Below, in pieces: positions 17,481 through 33,340 of a DNA stretch of 64,000 bases; position 1 is the stretch's first letter, and every line of letters starts with the position of its first letter. Source of the DNA: the human T2T-CHM13v2.0 reference genome, Homo sapiens; assembly GCF_009914755.1 (NCBI RefSeq), contig NC_060931.1; one strand, 5' to 3'. The translations under genes were made by a program, and so were the position numbers. The notes beneath the pieces were generated by a model. The model was not told the DNA's origin, did no database searches, and saw only the letters and a list, made by a program, of their open reading frames with translations.

Positions 17481-17519
<39 letters not shown>

Positions 17520-17645
17520 TTCTTTATCCACTCATTGATTGATGGGCATTTGGGCTGGATCCATATTATTGCAATTGCAAATTGTGCTGTTAAAAACATG
17601 AGTGTGCAAGTATCTTTTTCGTATACTGACTTCTTTTCCTCTGGC
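17150..17645 (-). mobile_element. L1PB-type 3' fragment containing (TA)n
   Basis: L1PB-like 3'UTR (gagattttggtgcacccatcacctgagcagtg); ORF2 remnant in ORF 17444..17647. Confidence 0.8.
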
Positions 17646-18818
17646 ATTTTACTTTTTGTAAATTATAGCACTAACCCTCCTATTTAATAACACAAGCATT
17701 CACTTAACTATACCATCTTTTGTCCACTGATTTTAAACGTTTGCAATTAGACTTTGAACTCTCAAGAAGAAATAAACCAAATGACACATAAGTTGCAGGA
17801 ATTTAAGAGGAAGAGGGAAGCTAGAGCTGAAATTTACTTATAAGACTTATCTGCAACATATGGACTTTATTTGGATCTCAATTTGAACAATTTGTAAAAC
17901 AATGTTTATGAGTCAATGGGGGAATCTGAATCCAATGGCAAATGAATATTTGATGATGTTAAAGGAATATTAATTTTTTAGATGATAATTCCTTTAGAGT
18001 TCCTTTTTTTTTTTTTACATTTGAAAATGTTATGAGGTCAGGAATTTGCTTCAAAATAATCTGGGGGTAAACACAAAAATTGGAAAGGAATGTGGTTAAA
18101 ACAAGATCAAACTTTTGTTGATAGTTGTTGAAGCTGGTGGAGGGTACATAAGGGTTCCTTACAATAGTCTACTTCTATATATGTTGGAAATTTTTCTAAA
18201 ATAAAAAGTTTAAAAGAAATACAAAATTTTAAAACACTCACAAATAAGAAGAAATATAACAATGCCTTAAAATCACACCTCACATTCACAGTACTTTTTT
18301 CTGAGAAGATGCGGACATTTGATACTCATTACCTACACCAGGTGGGATGAAGGCAGCAAGAACTGTTAGGAGTTCCAAGATGAAAGAAAAAAATAGAAGG
18401 AAGTAAAGGGGTCAGGGCTGCAGAGTCACCATCAACTGCAGAGACAAGAGCCAAGCCCAGTCTTCAGATCTGTGCATCCTAAGGCCTCTTCATGCAGGGA
18501 CGGTGAACTGCCCTGTGTTCCCGGCAGTTTGAACCAAACTGACTCATTACAAGGTTTTGAACACTTCCTAAAAGAAAACAATCACTGTGTGGCCTAAGGC
18601 CTCAGAAACACCAAGAAGATAAATCTGAGGCTGTTCCAAACATCTAGTAAGCATATATTGTGATACTTATTCATTTTTTTGCCAATCACCTTTATGGTGA
18701 TTGTGAGTTTGAGAGGTGAGAGCCACAGATAACCAAATGCATTGAGGAGAAGCAGTGGGAAGGGACTGACTTGATTTCTCCGAGGATCATTACAGATCAG
18801 GTGGCATATTGAAGAGGG

Positions 18819-18819
<1 letters not shown>

Positions 18820-18872
<53 letters not shown>
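18820..18872. repeat. (TG)n microsatellite
   Basis: About 26 perfect TG units. Confidence 0.95.
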
Positions 18873-18875
<3 letters not shown>

Positions 18876-19304
18876 ATGGGGGTTGCAGAGAGAGGAGGAG
18901 GAAGGAAAAGGGATGGGGAGGAGGGTGACAAAAGGGGAGGGTGAAGGCAGAAGTGAGAGGGAAAAGTGGAGGGAGAGACCAGGGGGAAGTAGGCAGGCAT
19001 GGCAGCCCAGCCACATTACAGACCAGGAAAACTACACAGCTCCTGGCTTGAACTTGGGGAACACAAACACAACATTTTGGCAGACCCTGTACCCGGGTTA
19101 TTATCTTACTTTTGCTAAGGATATAGGAATAAAATAAGGAGCACTCTGAAGATCAATACCTATTTAGAATGTTTGAGAAAATTTGAAAATGTTTATAATG
19201 AGATGATATTTAGAGACAACCTAATATTAATCCCAAATTAGTACAATCCTATGATAATGCGAAGTGGCAAAGGGGAGTTTGTATTCCACAAAAACTTTAG
19301 CTTA

Positions 19305-19622
<318 letters not shown>

Positions 19623-20198
19623 TTAACAGAAATGAGCAAAAGAATAACTTCAGTTCTTCCTTTTACATTCCATATAGTTTATAAAGCATATTAAAGAGAT
19701 CACATATTATACAGACAATGTTATAAAGATTTTGTAATCTAAACTACCCGTAAACCAGACACACTCCGACATATAAACAAATATTATCTCTAAATAATCT
19801 TTCACATTTCTAAAGTCTAACTTGGATCAGTTTTTCACGCCTTTTACTTCCCTTTTTAGTAGTGCTGATTTGTAAAGAGGCAAAGTTCTTTTAACACACT
19901 GATTCAATTCCTCTAACAGTGTAGAAAGTAGATTCTAAAACTGTATTACCACTGTTATTTCCACACCTCATAAATTTTGTCCCTGGTGCACAAAAACACC
20001 ACCTTCTAAATTCTATGGACATAGTCCACTGTCAAGAAATAAAAAGTACACTTACTAGTAGATAACGACTAAGATATAAGTTAATTCAACAAAGATTTTA
20101 TGCCTGTAACTGCATTAAAAATAAACTTCACACATATTCCCTAGAAAAAGAAAACTATTTTACCAGAAAAGAATTACTCCAAGATTATTTTCTGTTTA

Positions 20199-20643
<445 letters not shown>

Positions 20644-21452
20644 CTCGGTATTGCCTAAAATTGTTAGTGTTTATTGAAAAGTATTTTTTTAAAGCATGGT
20701 ACAGTTGGGTCATTGTGTGTGATTTGTGTGATTCAATTCAAATTCTCAATTTATCTGTGAAATTTTTAATTTGAAAGACGGCAAGTTTTGTGTTTAACTT
20801 TAAAACAAATATTAAAAATTTTAGACAAAAAAGTTTTAATAGGAGTTGAGACTTTCGAATAAAAACCAAAACATACACCATATATCTTTTCTAAATACTG
20901 AAAAAGAGAACCAAAAGAGAATTGTAATAGGTAAGACTCAGAGAACTGCGAAAGAAAAAGAAATATGTGAAAATTAGTTATCATCTCAAAGCTCTGAGAC
21001 TTTAATGGGAAGGTTTCTAAGTATTTAGTTGTCTCTTTAAACCATATGATCCAGATAGGATAAGAATAACAGAATGGTTTACTGAAAATCTGAAAGATAC
21101 AGCATGCTGACTGTGATAAGCAAACTTCTCCAGAGAATCTGTATCTTCTTTATGTTACCAATACAAAATAATTAAAACAAATAACAGATTTGATATCCAT
21201 GCCATACTTCCATTTAATATCAATTATTCTGATTCTATAGCCCTTATGAATTTTTCAAAGAATGCTGCATTCATCATCCCTCACAGAAACATCCAAAGAA
21301 CAGGCAGCTTAGAAACTCAGAGTTCTACTGGTGAGAAAATTGAAGCTGACGGAGTAAAAAATATACAAGATATATATCTTACAGCTTGCCAATCACAAAT
21401 ATCCACCATTCTAACATTAAGACATTGAAACCCTATCTCCACGTGCAGGTAC

Positions 21453-21604
21453 CTGATTGGCCGGTTCTCTTTACTGTCAAAGAGTGAGAAGATGACCTCC
21501 AGCTCCTCTCCCAGGTTGGAACACATGAGGCTCTTCATCTGGACAAAGAGGTGGTGACTGCTGGCCTGCACCGGGGTGTCTTTCTTCCGATGTCGATGTT
21601 CCAT
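21453..21604 (-). CDS. DOCK4: DOCK4 coding exon 8 (152 bp; MEHRHRKKDTPVQASSHHLFVQMKSLMCSNLGEELEVIFSLFDSKENRPI)
   Basis: Peptide in ORF 21317..21640; acceptor cattcag, donor gtacct; phase 0-2. Confidence 0.96.
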
Positions 21605-22514
21605 CTGAATGACACCCCCCAACAAAAACATGATCAGCATGGACTGAAGGAAATAACAGGACCCAACAAACTAGTTAGCTATGAGGTGACTGTGATGTCC
21701 TACGCCATAACTTTTTATTTTGCTGTGGATTTGGTATCTAAATCCACAGCAAAATATACATTCTATGTCTTTCAGACTGTGGACATAGAAATAGTCTGGA
21801 AGATATCCAATTTAACTTTGGATGTTAAGTTCCAAATTTTCTTCCAACTTCTAAAATAAGAAACTGTGAAGTTTATAGATTATCAAGGAACCTTGCTTGA
21901 AGAATTTTTAAAATCATTAATGTTAAAATAACAACTCACTGAGTAGATTCAGGAAGCAGGAAGTTCAAAGGATTCTTTTGCTCCCTTATCAACTCCCAAG
22001 ATGAGAACAAATTATTAGTCATCTTTTTAAAAAGCAGACTAAATTATATCTAAGTTATAACTTCTCATTACTCATAATTAAAAGTTCTTTTAGGTTATAC
22101 TAAATTGTAAAGTTGTGGTAGTTGTCTGAGACAGGCTGTGGCAAATAATAGTTTCTAACTTGCTGTGGCGCTATAGGGAGAAACCTAGGAAAGCCAGCAA
22201 GGTGTCTAAAGCTAAGAATAGCATCTATGTCCACCTTCAATCCCTTCCTCAATACAGCCAGTCCAGGCTCAACTTGGGCAACAAGACAAGATGTGAGTTC
22301 CCACAGGTTGAGGGAGAAAAAGAATCATTCACGAGTCCAGGAAGGAGGATAACATGGGGATGATCATTCATCCAACATACATTCAAGTATCTCCTATGTA
22401 CCAAGCCCTGGGAACACAATGATGAGTAAAATCAGAAACAGTTCACACCTTCACAGAGCATCTATCTACTAGGGGAAGCAGACATGAACAAAATTGTCAC
22501 ACATACACATGTAA

Positions 22515-22852
<338 letters not shown>

Positions 22853-24175
22853 TAAAGATCCAGATTATGATGAGAGTATAAAAGTGGGGATTTGACATGA
22901 GACTGGGCAGGCATCCTGGGAAAATGGCACTTTAGCTGAGAGGTAAGGAGGGTGCAGGACTTACCTATCTAGGTTAGGGCTCACACTGCTTGCAGTGAGG
23001 GACCAGGTTGTTTCTCCCCATAATTCCCTGCAGACTGATTCTTTCATGAAATACAATAAAAATGCCATGGCAATGTCAAAATGCCCTAAAGGTTTCTAAT
23101 CATTTACTTGTCATTTGTATAGTTGGACCAACAGTTCACGGTCCAGCCATTTCTTGGACCACACTTCAAGTAACACTGATTCAGGATAAGAGTACAGGAA
23201 AAACACATGGCTAGGCTTGTGTATTAATAGAACGGGTGCTAAAAATGTGGAAGATTATCACTTTCATAGCACAGACTAATAACAAAACTACCTCTTTTGG
23301 ATCACTTTGACAATTAAAAAAATAGTTCAGGGATTTCAATTTCATTGTAACAGAGCCATAGCCTGTGTTGAGGGATAAGGTAAATGACCCTACGTCTACA
23401 TTAGCCATCTTTTTACGCCTTTGAGTTGAAAAACTGCCGAATGACCAAATGAAGCCAAAATGTCATGTAAATTTACAAGTGTTAACACAACATAGAATCA
23501 CTAGAATTTTTTCGTGCTTAGAAGTTAAAACTTTTATTCCGAACTACTTGAGAAGCAAAGGGTGGAAAAAATTTAGCTAAATTCATCTACAATCACTGTA
23601 TACTCAACAGGTACACTGGGAATCTCTTCGTAAAAGTGGAGAGTAAGTAAGTTGTTTTTAAAAGCAGACCTAAGCATTGAGGCATGTGTGGGCTATAATT
23701 ACTAAACACAGGTTCCTGAAGAAAAATATTCTAACTGTAGGAAAAAAGAATGATTTTGCCTTGTTTTCTATAAAGGTTGCTCTACTTTGTGCTTTAACAA
23801 TTTTTTTTTTTTTTTTACTGTGGCAAAAGTGGCATCATTATGTTCATAAAAATACACCTCTAACTAACAAGGCTTCACCATCCCCCCTCCACCCCGCCAG
23901 AACTGCTAACTTATTTACTGATTTACTTAAAAGAAAAACATATGCTTACTTAAAAGGGTAACAGAGCACAAGCTACTATGAAGAACCGAATGACTACTAA
24001 AGGCCAGAGCTACAGAAATAGATGTAAAAACCTCATGAAAAGAATAGGCCTTAAGGAGATATCCTCTCTTAACCTCAAATAGTGCAAAGTTCCCTGCACC
24101 AATCATGACATTCACAAGAATTGAGGAGAAAAAATTAGCTCCTTTACCGATGCAATGAATCCAATATATCTAGAT

Positions 24176-24356
24176 CAGTGGTTCTCAACCTTGGCTGCAG
24201 TTTAGAGTCCCCAAGAGAGCTTTTAAAAAATACTTATGCCCAGGTCTTATCTCAGAACAATTAAATTAGAATTTCTAGGGGCTGGGGGTCCAGAGACTGG
24301 TAGTTTTAAAAGCTCCCCAGGTGATTCTAATGGGCAATGAGGGTTGAGAATCACTG
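24176..24356. mobile_element. MER5 (hAT-Charlie) non-autonomous DNA transposon
   Basis: TIRs CAGTGGTTCTCAACC / GGTTGAGAATCACTG; degenerate 8-bp TSD atctagat/atcaggat. Confidence 0.85.
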
Positions 24357-24881
24357 ATCAGGATCATGTGCAGACAGATGCAAATCACAGCAAACTAAAC
24401 AATGTATTGTTGCATCTTTCGAGTAATTATGGGCTTGAACTTTTGTTCTTTGAATACATGCTAGTAATAAGCCTGCCTGACTCTACCCTTTGCACATTTA
24501 ACATGGGCCTTCACATCTGGCACACTCTGGCACTGAAAATACCCCTCTTCCCATCCCCACTATTCTTTCAGGTCTAGGACCCATTTGGACTTAGTAGGTT
24601 ATGATTACTTTCTTTTCTCTTGGTAATTCAGTACTTCCGCAAACTGCTAAAAAATTTCTGTGAAAGTATTATTACAATCAAATTAAAAAGTCAAGTTCAC
24701 ACTTCAAGGGCTTGAGATAATTTGTGGCTACAAATGCACCTATCAGTTACTCTAACTGTGCTTAACAGTTGAACTAGCTCTTTGATTAGGAGAAGAAAGA
24801 GATTCATCCCAAAGATTTATTTAACTGACTCAAATTTTTAATCTTCAAATAATGCATTAATTATTGAATGAACTGTCTACA

Positions 24882-25101
24882 CCAGGGTTTACCAACCTCA
24901 ATGCTATTGACAACTAGGCTGAATATTTCCTTGTTGTGGGGGCTGTCCTGGGCTTTGTAGGACATCTAGCAGCTTTTCCTAGCCTCTACCTACCAGATGC
25001 CAATAGTACCTCTCCTTCCCATCTCCTGTTGTGACAACGAAAAATGTCTCCAGACAATGCCAAATATCCCCTTGGGTTGAAATTGCATGTGAGAACCACT
25101 G
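24882..25101. mobile_element. MER20 DNA transposon
   Basis: ggggctgtcctg, gttgtgacaac..aaaatgtctccagaca..gccaaat, ends gagaaccactg. Confidence 0.8.
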
Positions 25102-25728
25102 TGTTCCCTCTGAGATCTGCTAGTCTAACCTTCTAAGAATTGCAGAGTAAGCAGATGCATGATCTTACAAATTCTAAAAAGATAGAAACCTGCAGGCACA
25201 AATAGGAGAGAAGCTGGCTAATAAGGCTCCCTTTATTTATAGAAGGATTGAAATCTTGCCTTTGGCACTAAACCAAAATATCTAAGTGGACATATGCTAA
25301 CACTGTGCGGTTTAGCACTTTTACTGCTTAAATGAACACAATTAGGTGAGAAAGATCTGCTAACAGGGCTATCAAGAAACTAAAGTGAGACTTTTTTTCT
25401 AATGATGCAATATGAATTTAGTAAGATGCAAACACTTGTGTTTCAAACATGACACTGACTAGGAAGAAGTAAAAAAAGAAAAGCAGCAACAATTAATCAA
25501 ATGTCCTCTGTGTTGGGCCATTTAACCTCCATGCTGAGGTCCTTGACCCAAAGTGACAATAAATTGCCAAACAACAACAAGGGATTGGTGATGGTGCCTC
25601 CCAGCTCTCCCTGGTGAAATCAACAGTCAGTCACTTTCATGTTGAATGAGAAAAACACCAGGGCTACAGAGAATCTTATTATTGCTAGGCCAGGATACAA
25701 ACAGAAACTTGAAAAAGAAACTGCCTTA

Positions 25729-25875
25729 TGGAAGCTGGGCTTAATACCTGGGTGATGGGATGATCTGTGCAGCAAACTACCATGGCACACATTTACCTAT
25801 GTAACAAACCTGCACAACCTGCACATGTACCCCGGAACTTAAAATAGAAGTTGAAGAGAAAAACAAAGTAAAAAA
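25729..25875 (+). mobile_element. Heavily 5'-truncated old L1PA 3' end
   Basis: tgtaacaaacctgcac..catgtacccc..aacttaaaata; perfect 18-bp TSD GAAAAAGAAACTGCCTTA at 25711-25728 and 25876-25893. Confidence 0.88.
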
Positions 25876-26349
25876 GAAAAAGAAACTGCCTTAAAGAAAA
25901 GCACATGCTCTTCTGAAGCTTATAACTATTTGAGTTGTTTTTGGGCTATAGTCTTTGTTTTGGAAATAGTCAAGTGCAACCAGCACTGAGGAGAAAATAA
26001 GTTTTCATGTCAAATCACATTTTCTTTTCTTCATCTGTAAAATGAAGACTTTGGACTAGGATCTGAGCTGTAACATACTAAAATATCCCCTGCTGTCTTT
26101 CCCACCAACGGCCAACATTGCTAATCAATGAGACCCTAGATGAGACCCTGGAATCTTAGCAACACTGAACTCTAGGCAGCCACCCACCAATAAACTGGAA
26201 TGCTGAAAGAGGTGAAATCAATTTGCCATCCCATATATAATGTTACATGAAAAGAACAGAGACAAAATTACATACGCACAAAACCAAACTCAGGAAAATA
26301 AAATATATTTGTGTCACATCAGTTATTTATCTGATACCTGACATACTCA

Positions 26350-26712
26350 ACTAAATACAGGGGTGTGCCTAAGCTCTGCCAATGAGATGTAAGTGCAAGT
26401 GTTGTGCGGAACTTCCAGGAAGGTTCATTAAAGTATTTGAATCAACTGAGAGAAAGCTGTCTCCTTCCTACTGCCTGGAATGCAAATATGATGGCTAGAA
26501 CTCTTGCAGCTATACTGCACTTAAAGGTGTTCTTGGTGATGGAAGCCATGTTCAATGTAGCAGAAAGATAAGGATCTTTTCATACCATAAAACCACAACC
26601 AAACCCAGAAATTCCTGTTTCTAAACTTGCATACTTTAAGAAATAAATTTCTATCATGTTTTATCTTCTGCTTTTTATTTATTTCATGACACAGCCAAAT
26701 CTAAGCCTAATA
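26350..26712 (+). mobile_element. MLT1-family (ERVL-MaLR) LTR, old
   Basis: gccaatgagatgtaag, tgcctggaatgca..atgatggct, agaaataaatttcta motifs. Confidence 0.6.
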
Positions 26713-28148
26713 TGAGGCATCAATTATTTTTACCCTGTTGGCTCTCCAACGTAGATGAATAAAGATAAGAAAGGAATGAAAACTGACTAAATGCTTACAT
26801 GTTGTGCAAATATTATCTGTCAAGGAAAGGCATTTTACATATATTTCTTATCTAATCTTCATAATAAACATGAAAATAATTATTTCCCTATTTAGTAGAT
26901 GAATAAACTGAGGCTTTGACAGATTAAATAATAAATCCAAGACCCAAATAACTGGTAAAAGAAAGAGATAGATTATAAATGTAGTTGTTTGGAGCCAATA
27001 ATCCAGTCTTTTCATGATACCATAATGATCTCCAAAGCATTGACTGGGTGCTTACTAAGTGCAAAAGCACTGTACAAGACTATCTTGAACATATAGAGGT
27101 ATACACAGTGTGTTCCCTAAAGGAACTTAAAAATTAAGTGAGAGATGTTCTTAAAAGTGAAAGAATATGATGTTCAATAAGTTAAATAAATGAACAAAAG
27201 TAAAGATGCCACATCAGAGGATATGACAGACAAACTATACGGATTATATTTGTTATGTAAGCTAAGAGGCAGTGATGACTTTAACTTGGAATGCTCTTAT
27301 TTTTCTTTCTTCGCCTCCCACTAACTGACCTCTATGTTCTCCCTACATGCCAGATACTCTGTTTAGTACTGATGTCATGAAGGCAAGCAGCACACAACAC
27401 CACTCTGAAGAAATTCAATATACAATTAAGAATATCCCCTAAAAAATGGAATTGATTCCAACTGACACAATGAAGTGTAGATAATCTGAACATCAATTTG
27501 ATGATCATGGAAAAATCTGGAAGCAATATTAAGAACTGCCTTCTCAAATCAGATACATCCCCAGTGGACTTACTGAAATTTTCCTCCACATTTTTCAGAT
27601 ATGGATAATCTTCAGGTTAAGAATATCTCATTATTCTCAGAAAAATAAGCTTGAAAAGATATGCCAAAAGAGGCAGGATCATCCAAAAAGGAGTCTACTA
27701 TTTCCAATAGGCAGTCCTTCTTGGAACTTTATGGTAAGAAGCAGCAGTAATGAGATCAAAGTTCAATTATGCTTAGGGTGATGGTCTTTGAAAGCCCATC
27801 CCAACCACCCTCTTCTCTGATTTTGGATTTTCAGAACTTAGTTAATATCAAGATATTAGGTACATTTCATACAATTTTAAGAATACAAGGCTAAACAGAA
27901 GGCAGATTGGACCAGACTTGGGGAACCTGGATGCCAAGCAAAAAAACTGGACTTTAACTTACCATGTAACTAGAAAAAAAACTCAAGTCATAAGTGAGAC
28001 CATGAGGGGCAATATGATCAAATATTTTAGGATGATTCACGGGCTTCAGTACTTAGGAATGGATTGGGGTCTGGGAAGGGTGGGTGTAAGTCCAGCAGTT
28101 GAAGACTAAGGAGGAGACCGTTTCAGTAGTTGGTGTATATAGTGCTAT

Positions 28149-28174
28149 TATGTATGTACACACACACGCGCGCG

Positions 28175-28213
<39 letters not shown>
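28149..28213. repeat. (CA)n(CG)8(CA)n compound microsatellite
   Basis: Seen directly. Confidence 0.95.
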
Positions 28214-28215
<2 letters not shown>

Positions 28216-28631
28216 TATGTATATAGAGCTAATGGGGGCAGGAGGAGGGTTAACATGCTGCTGAGCCAAGACGAAACACCCATTAGTTACAGCATGGTCC
28301 TCAAACACAACAGATAAGTATGCGTGACTTGTAAGCATTTCACTACACTAGACAAAAAGTAGAAAGATTTGCAAAAGAACTGAAAACATCTTTGTATTGA
28401 CTTCCTGGTGCCTGGGCGTTGAGGGCCCACTGGAGAGTATCATGTTATTCTTAGACAGGTAGTGTCTCAGTACTGTACTGAGGGCATGGTCACCTCAGCT
28501 CTCAAGTCTTTTTACTCTCTCTAAATTAATCCTGGAACATCCTGTTCTTACAAAATCAAGCAAGTATGAGGAGTGCCATGGAAACCAGAAAATTAGCAGG
28601 AAGACTGGAAGCCAAGATTTCCTGTACCTAC

Positions 28632-28716
28632 CAATCGGTAGAGCTCAGTAATGCTGATGTCTTCCGGATCCACCATTGCGTACTCTTTCCTAGGCACCAG
28701 GTCCAGTCCCAGTTGT
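28632..28716 (-). CDS. DOCK4: DOCK4 coding exon 7 (85 bp; QLGLDLVPRKEYAMVDPEDISITELYRL)
   Basis: Peptide in ORF 28593..28778; conserved LGLDLVPR; acceptor ttttctag, donor gtaggt; phase 2-0. Confidence 0.96.
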
Positions 28717-31700
28717 CTAGAAAACAAATTGCAAAAGTTTGGGGGAAAAGTTACCTCCATGAAATATGTTAAAAACAATTGGTTTTTTACTATATCACTT
28801 GGAAATTAGGTATATCACCCACCATGCTTCTCTCACCTTGTATGACTTGTTACCACAGTTGGGGTAGACAATATAACTCCGCTGGACACTGGGCAAAACT
28901 TAAAACATAGAAGGTGAGAAAGACAAGCAAATCCAGGAGGGATGGGTTGGCACTCTCAGTGGAGTGCTCCTGCCACTGGGGGCCTTAGCACCACATGGTG
29001 TGGAGCCTTCAGCGCCCTTCAAATTATCACGAGAAGGCCTTCCACACTGGAGTGAATGGAAACTAGAGCTAGACATCATTTGGTTCTAGAAATTGGAGTT
29101 GAGGGGAAGGAAATTTGGTCTTTAGAATTTGACCTAGCACCAGTATACCTAGCTGTGCCCAGAGTCAACATGTTTCTTATATGAATCTCTGGCAACTTGT
29201 GCATGGTCCTTATTTACAGCAAATTCTGAGGTCAGTCGTTAGGAGAAACTCAGTAAAGGCAGGAAATGGAAATGGGGGAAGAGTTTTGGGCCTGGGCTGG
29301 CAGAATAGTTTAACCCTTTATGTCAGATTTCATTGTGGCTGACATGTGGCTTGCTGTGCTGAGAAGTATTCTAAGGTTATATCCAGCCTCAGAGGTATCA
29401 AGTATGGTAACTGACTTGTGATGTCTTCCCATCAACAGAGGAACACGAGTCTAACTCTATTCTGGTTAGCTTCCCTCTAGCGACCTTCCTAGCATGATCC
29501 CCTCCAGGGCACCCACGGTACAATGCTGACACCAATGCCACACAGTTCTGTTCATCTCCTTAACCCTCCATGATCATCTCAAAGGCTACACAACGCCTGT
29601 GTAATGCCCTATCGATCAAGGCCGAGATGATACCCTCTTCTCTAGCAGAGCCCCCTCAACCACCACATCCAAGGCCGAATGCTCAGTTCTCTGAGGATCA
29701 CTTGTTCTAAATCCTTTTCACATCACCACTCTTTCTAACACAGAAGGCTTCTGGCATCACACTTCCAATTATAGAACCACAGCTTTCTTACTTTCGTATT
29801 TTAAAAAAATCTGAAATTCTTCCATGCCCTCCCCCAAAATCTCATTAAGGTTTCATAAGTAAAATTTATTAATTCAGCACCTACTTCAAGCCAGGCACTG
29901 CCCCAGCCACCCTGAGGGCTATTTGTTCTTAAGAAGATTAGAAAGCTGTCACCTCCTTGACAGTAGGAGCTGTCTTTCAGATAGTAAAACAGTTTCTCAA
30001 TTTTCCTAAATGATGTTTCTCTTTGGGAAACCTAGAAAAAAATTCACACACCCATTATTTAATGTTAGTTGAATTTTTAACTCACAATAAACACTGTGAT
30101 TTGTTTTCAAAATGTCCATGTTCCCCCTTGCTACATCTCACCAGGGATTCTGATAGGGTCTGTTTTCCATTCTCCATTCCCTTCTGAAAGAGAACCACCG
30201 TACTACAGTGTAAGTCAGCATCTGACACTGGGTCAATATTGCTGATGAAGATCATTTAGCAAATGAAAGAGGGCATATAACCACTGTGATACTTGTCTTA
30301 CTCATAGCTCCTTCTATGAGAAGCTGCTCTATCCACTTTCTCTGCTGGGAGTGGTGGTGGCAGACAAGGTAGTCATCTGACCATCTCCCCTTCCTGAGCC
30401 ACACCTGATTGTACCATGGGTAAGCACCTGACCTAAGGACAAATAACCCAAAGACTGGCCAGCAGCTTATGAGAGGCTGGTATAAAATGCTCAGCCCAAA
30501 CAGGAATATTAGACATTGGCTGTCAATAAGATTCCTTCCTTGAGAATCTGAACTTGGAAATTCAGACATCAGTCACATGCAGGAGGAAGATAAGATACGT
30601 GAAGACAGGTGACCTACATGGCTGCAGAATGAGTGCAGAAATTCTGCAGCCTCAGAAACCTGTAATCTACAAGCCTTTTTCTCCCATAGTCTTGATTGTT
30701 CAGCTTCTGTTAGCTTCCTGGCGTCCTGGTTATGTGAAGAGTCTTATTTATTTCTATTTGGTTTTGTTAATTCCTAGGTACATCTTCCCATGGTTTGAGG
30801 TTTCCTAGCCCACAGAGTAGAATCAAGGAAGTGCCTTACAAAGAATAAGGAGAAATGAGGCAAGTAGGGAAGAGAGAGGATGAGAGGAGATCACACAGGG
30901 AGAGCGTCATGTTTTCTATCAACTCAGTCACTAAACTACTCTGTGACACCAAGAAGAAAGGATTAACTGATTGCCTCCTCCCACATAGTATTAGCAGAAA
31001 AGTCAAAGAACATCGTGTTGTAGGACTGTATGGGCAACAGAAACATGTACCATTATTTTAGTGCTGTCTGAGGTTCCCAGGCAAGAACAATTCTTTTGCT
31101 GGCCCTGTTAGGAAATGAGATTAATGATCTCTTCTTCCTAAGCTTCCCACATCAAGAGGGCTTCTCTTCACTACTCTTCAACAGTTTGATATACAACGTG
31201 AGATGGAACACATTCTTAATTTATGTTCATCCAGAGATTTATGTGCTGGCAGCTTATTTTGCAGGACAATTTCATCTGGTTTAATAGGCAAGAGATTATC
31301 TTAATTTGCTTTCCATGAGCACTATTCAATAAGAAAACAAATGTATACTTAAAGGAATAAGGTAAATTCATAATCTCTGTACTGTAAGTTATTTTAAAAT
31401 AAACAGTCAAAGAATTTCAAAGAAAACGGAATCATAGCTCAGAAAATTCATGAAGTTGAAGATGATCTAAATAAATTATACTGCTCATTTTCATGCATCA
31501 ATGTTTTACCAACTTATCATAAATTAGCCACAGAACTGCCCAAAGTACAAGCCAGAACTTACGTAAGTCAAAAACTGAGTCATGATTCAGTCATAATTAA
31601 TGTTTTTCCTTCCTTCCCCTTTTCATTCTGCCATCATTTTCTTTCATAAAACTGAAGAAGTATCATTTTCTTGCCTGATCTACATTCCTGTGTTATTTTG

Positions 31701-33340
31701 GATAAGCTAACTTCCTCCAACTTTCTTCCTATTTACAAACTAGTCCTTTAAATGAGGACCAGCATAATGACTAAGACCCAAAATAATTCAGAGTCCTCAA
31801 AGGTTTTTCAAAACAATAAAGAAATAAATATTAGGCAGCATAGGTTTCGCTCCAACGGACCCCTCCCACTCCACAATAATGGAGATTCGAGATAATCTCC
31901 TGTGAAATTCATTCCCACGGCAGGATAGGAAGTTCCCTGTAAATGGCTGGCAAGTCTAATCTGTTAGGAGGTGCTGTGTGTTTTAAATGTCATCCTGGAG
32001 CTGAAAGCGCCCTTGTGCTTTTTCTAGTTCAACTTCCTCCTTCAACAGATGAGGAACTGACATGAAGAGGGTTAAGGAATTTGCTTCAGGTCCTAAGAAA
32101 GCAGAGCTCCCAGTCCTGTGCTCTTGCTGCCCCTCCACATTTGTACCTGTTTTATTTCTCACAGGAATGAATCTTCTAGAGATAAATGAATTGGGCTCTT
32201 CTATTCATTGTCTGTAAAAAGATGAATGGCACATCCTATTCAACAAAATACCGGAAGTCCTCTGAGTGAGATGGAGGTTTAAAAATCTGTTAGTAGGTCT
32301 GGGTATTCACATTCAGAGTGTGCAACATCTTGGGAAGAATCAAACCTGGCTTCTGACAAAGTGATTTCCTATGGTAATGGGAAGTGGCATTCTGCTTCAA
32401 ATTGGTTTTTCCACATTCAGTAAGAGGCAAATTTACCCATGGTTCACTTCCTGTCATTTTCTTCATTTCTGTCTGCTTTCCTTTTTTTTCTGTTGCCCTA
32501 AGATCCTCTGAAGGTCCAAATAGCAAATGGGGATTTGGAGAAAGGAAAGGAAGGGAGGATAGGGCCATGTGGGTTATTAAGGAACCATGTCACTGCTTTA
32601 AACCTAAACCTCACGCAACCCTAGGATCTCAGTCAAAGGTGGCTTATTCTAATTTCTCACTTCTATGTTAATATTCACGTTTAGTAAAATATCAGCCTCG
32701 GTCAGAGCTTTCAGTGATTAGATTTACCATTTTAGTACCTGGCTGGTATTTTAAATTAGTCACTTATGGTTTTGTTTAAAAATAAATCTCGGTCAAGAAC
32801 AGCTTTTTACTGAGTTCTCTCAAGCAGCTCCTCAAAGTAGCTAATGTGTATGTACAGGACTAATCACAGCAATAATAAAAGGCCCCACCAGTGCACCTGT
32901 CATAAGACTTTTCACAGAAGCTGTTAACATTAGTGTCTCCCTCCGGATTACACTGGTGACCTATTACCATGACATGGAAAAGATATATTTTAAAAGCAAA
33001 TCCACATGCCAAACCTAAAGCCTATTTGAGAACAAGATCCATTTTAGTCAGACGCCACATCTAGTTCATTGCTGTGAACATTTCATTTTCCATGAGCATG
33101 TCCACACCATCAAGCCACATACGATACTAGACAACAAACGACATTTCAGTGCCTACACCAGCTTGAGAAGAAATGGTTCTCGGCTCTATCAATGCCAGTT
33201 CGCACTAAGCCTCCAAAAACAGGAAACATGAAAAAGCCCATAGGATTGCTTCCAGTGACATTACCACGTTCTGGCTCAGGCCTATGTCACTTCCATTGTG
33301 TTCACCTACTAGAGGCCGCCCTGTGATGCTCAATACTCAC

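Noticed and set aside
18594-19137. Overlapping ORFs with HTHTHT repeats (similar ones at 20385-20774, 28053-28317, 39606-39818)
   Set aside because: Translations of dinucleotide microsatellites.
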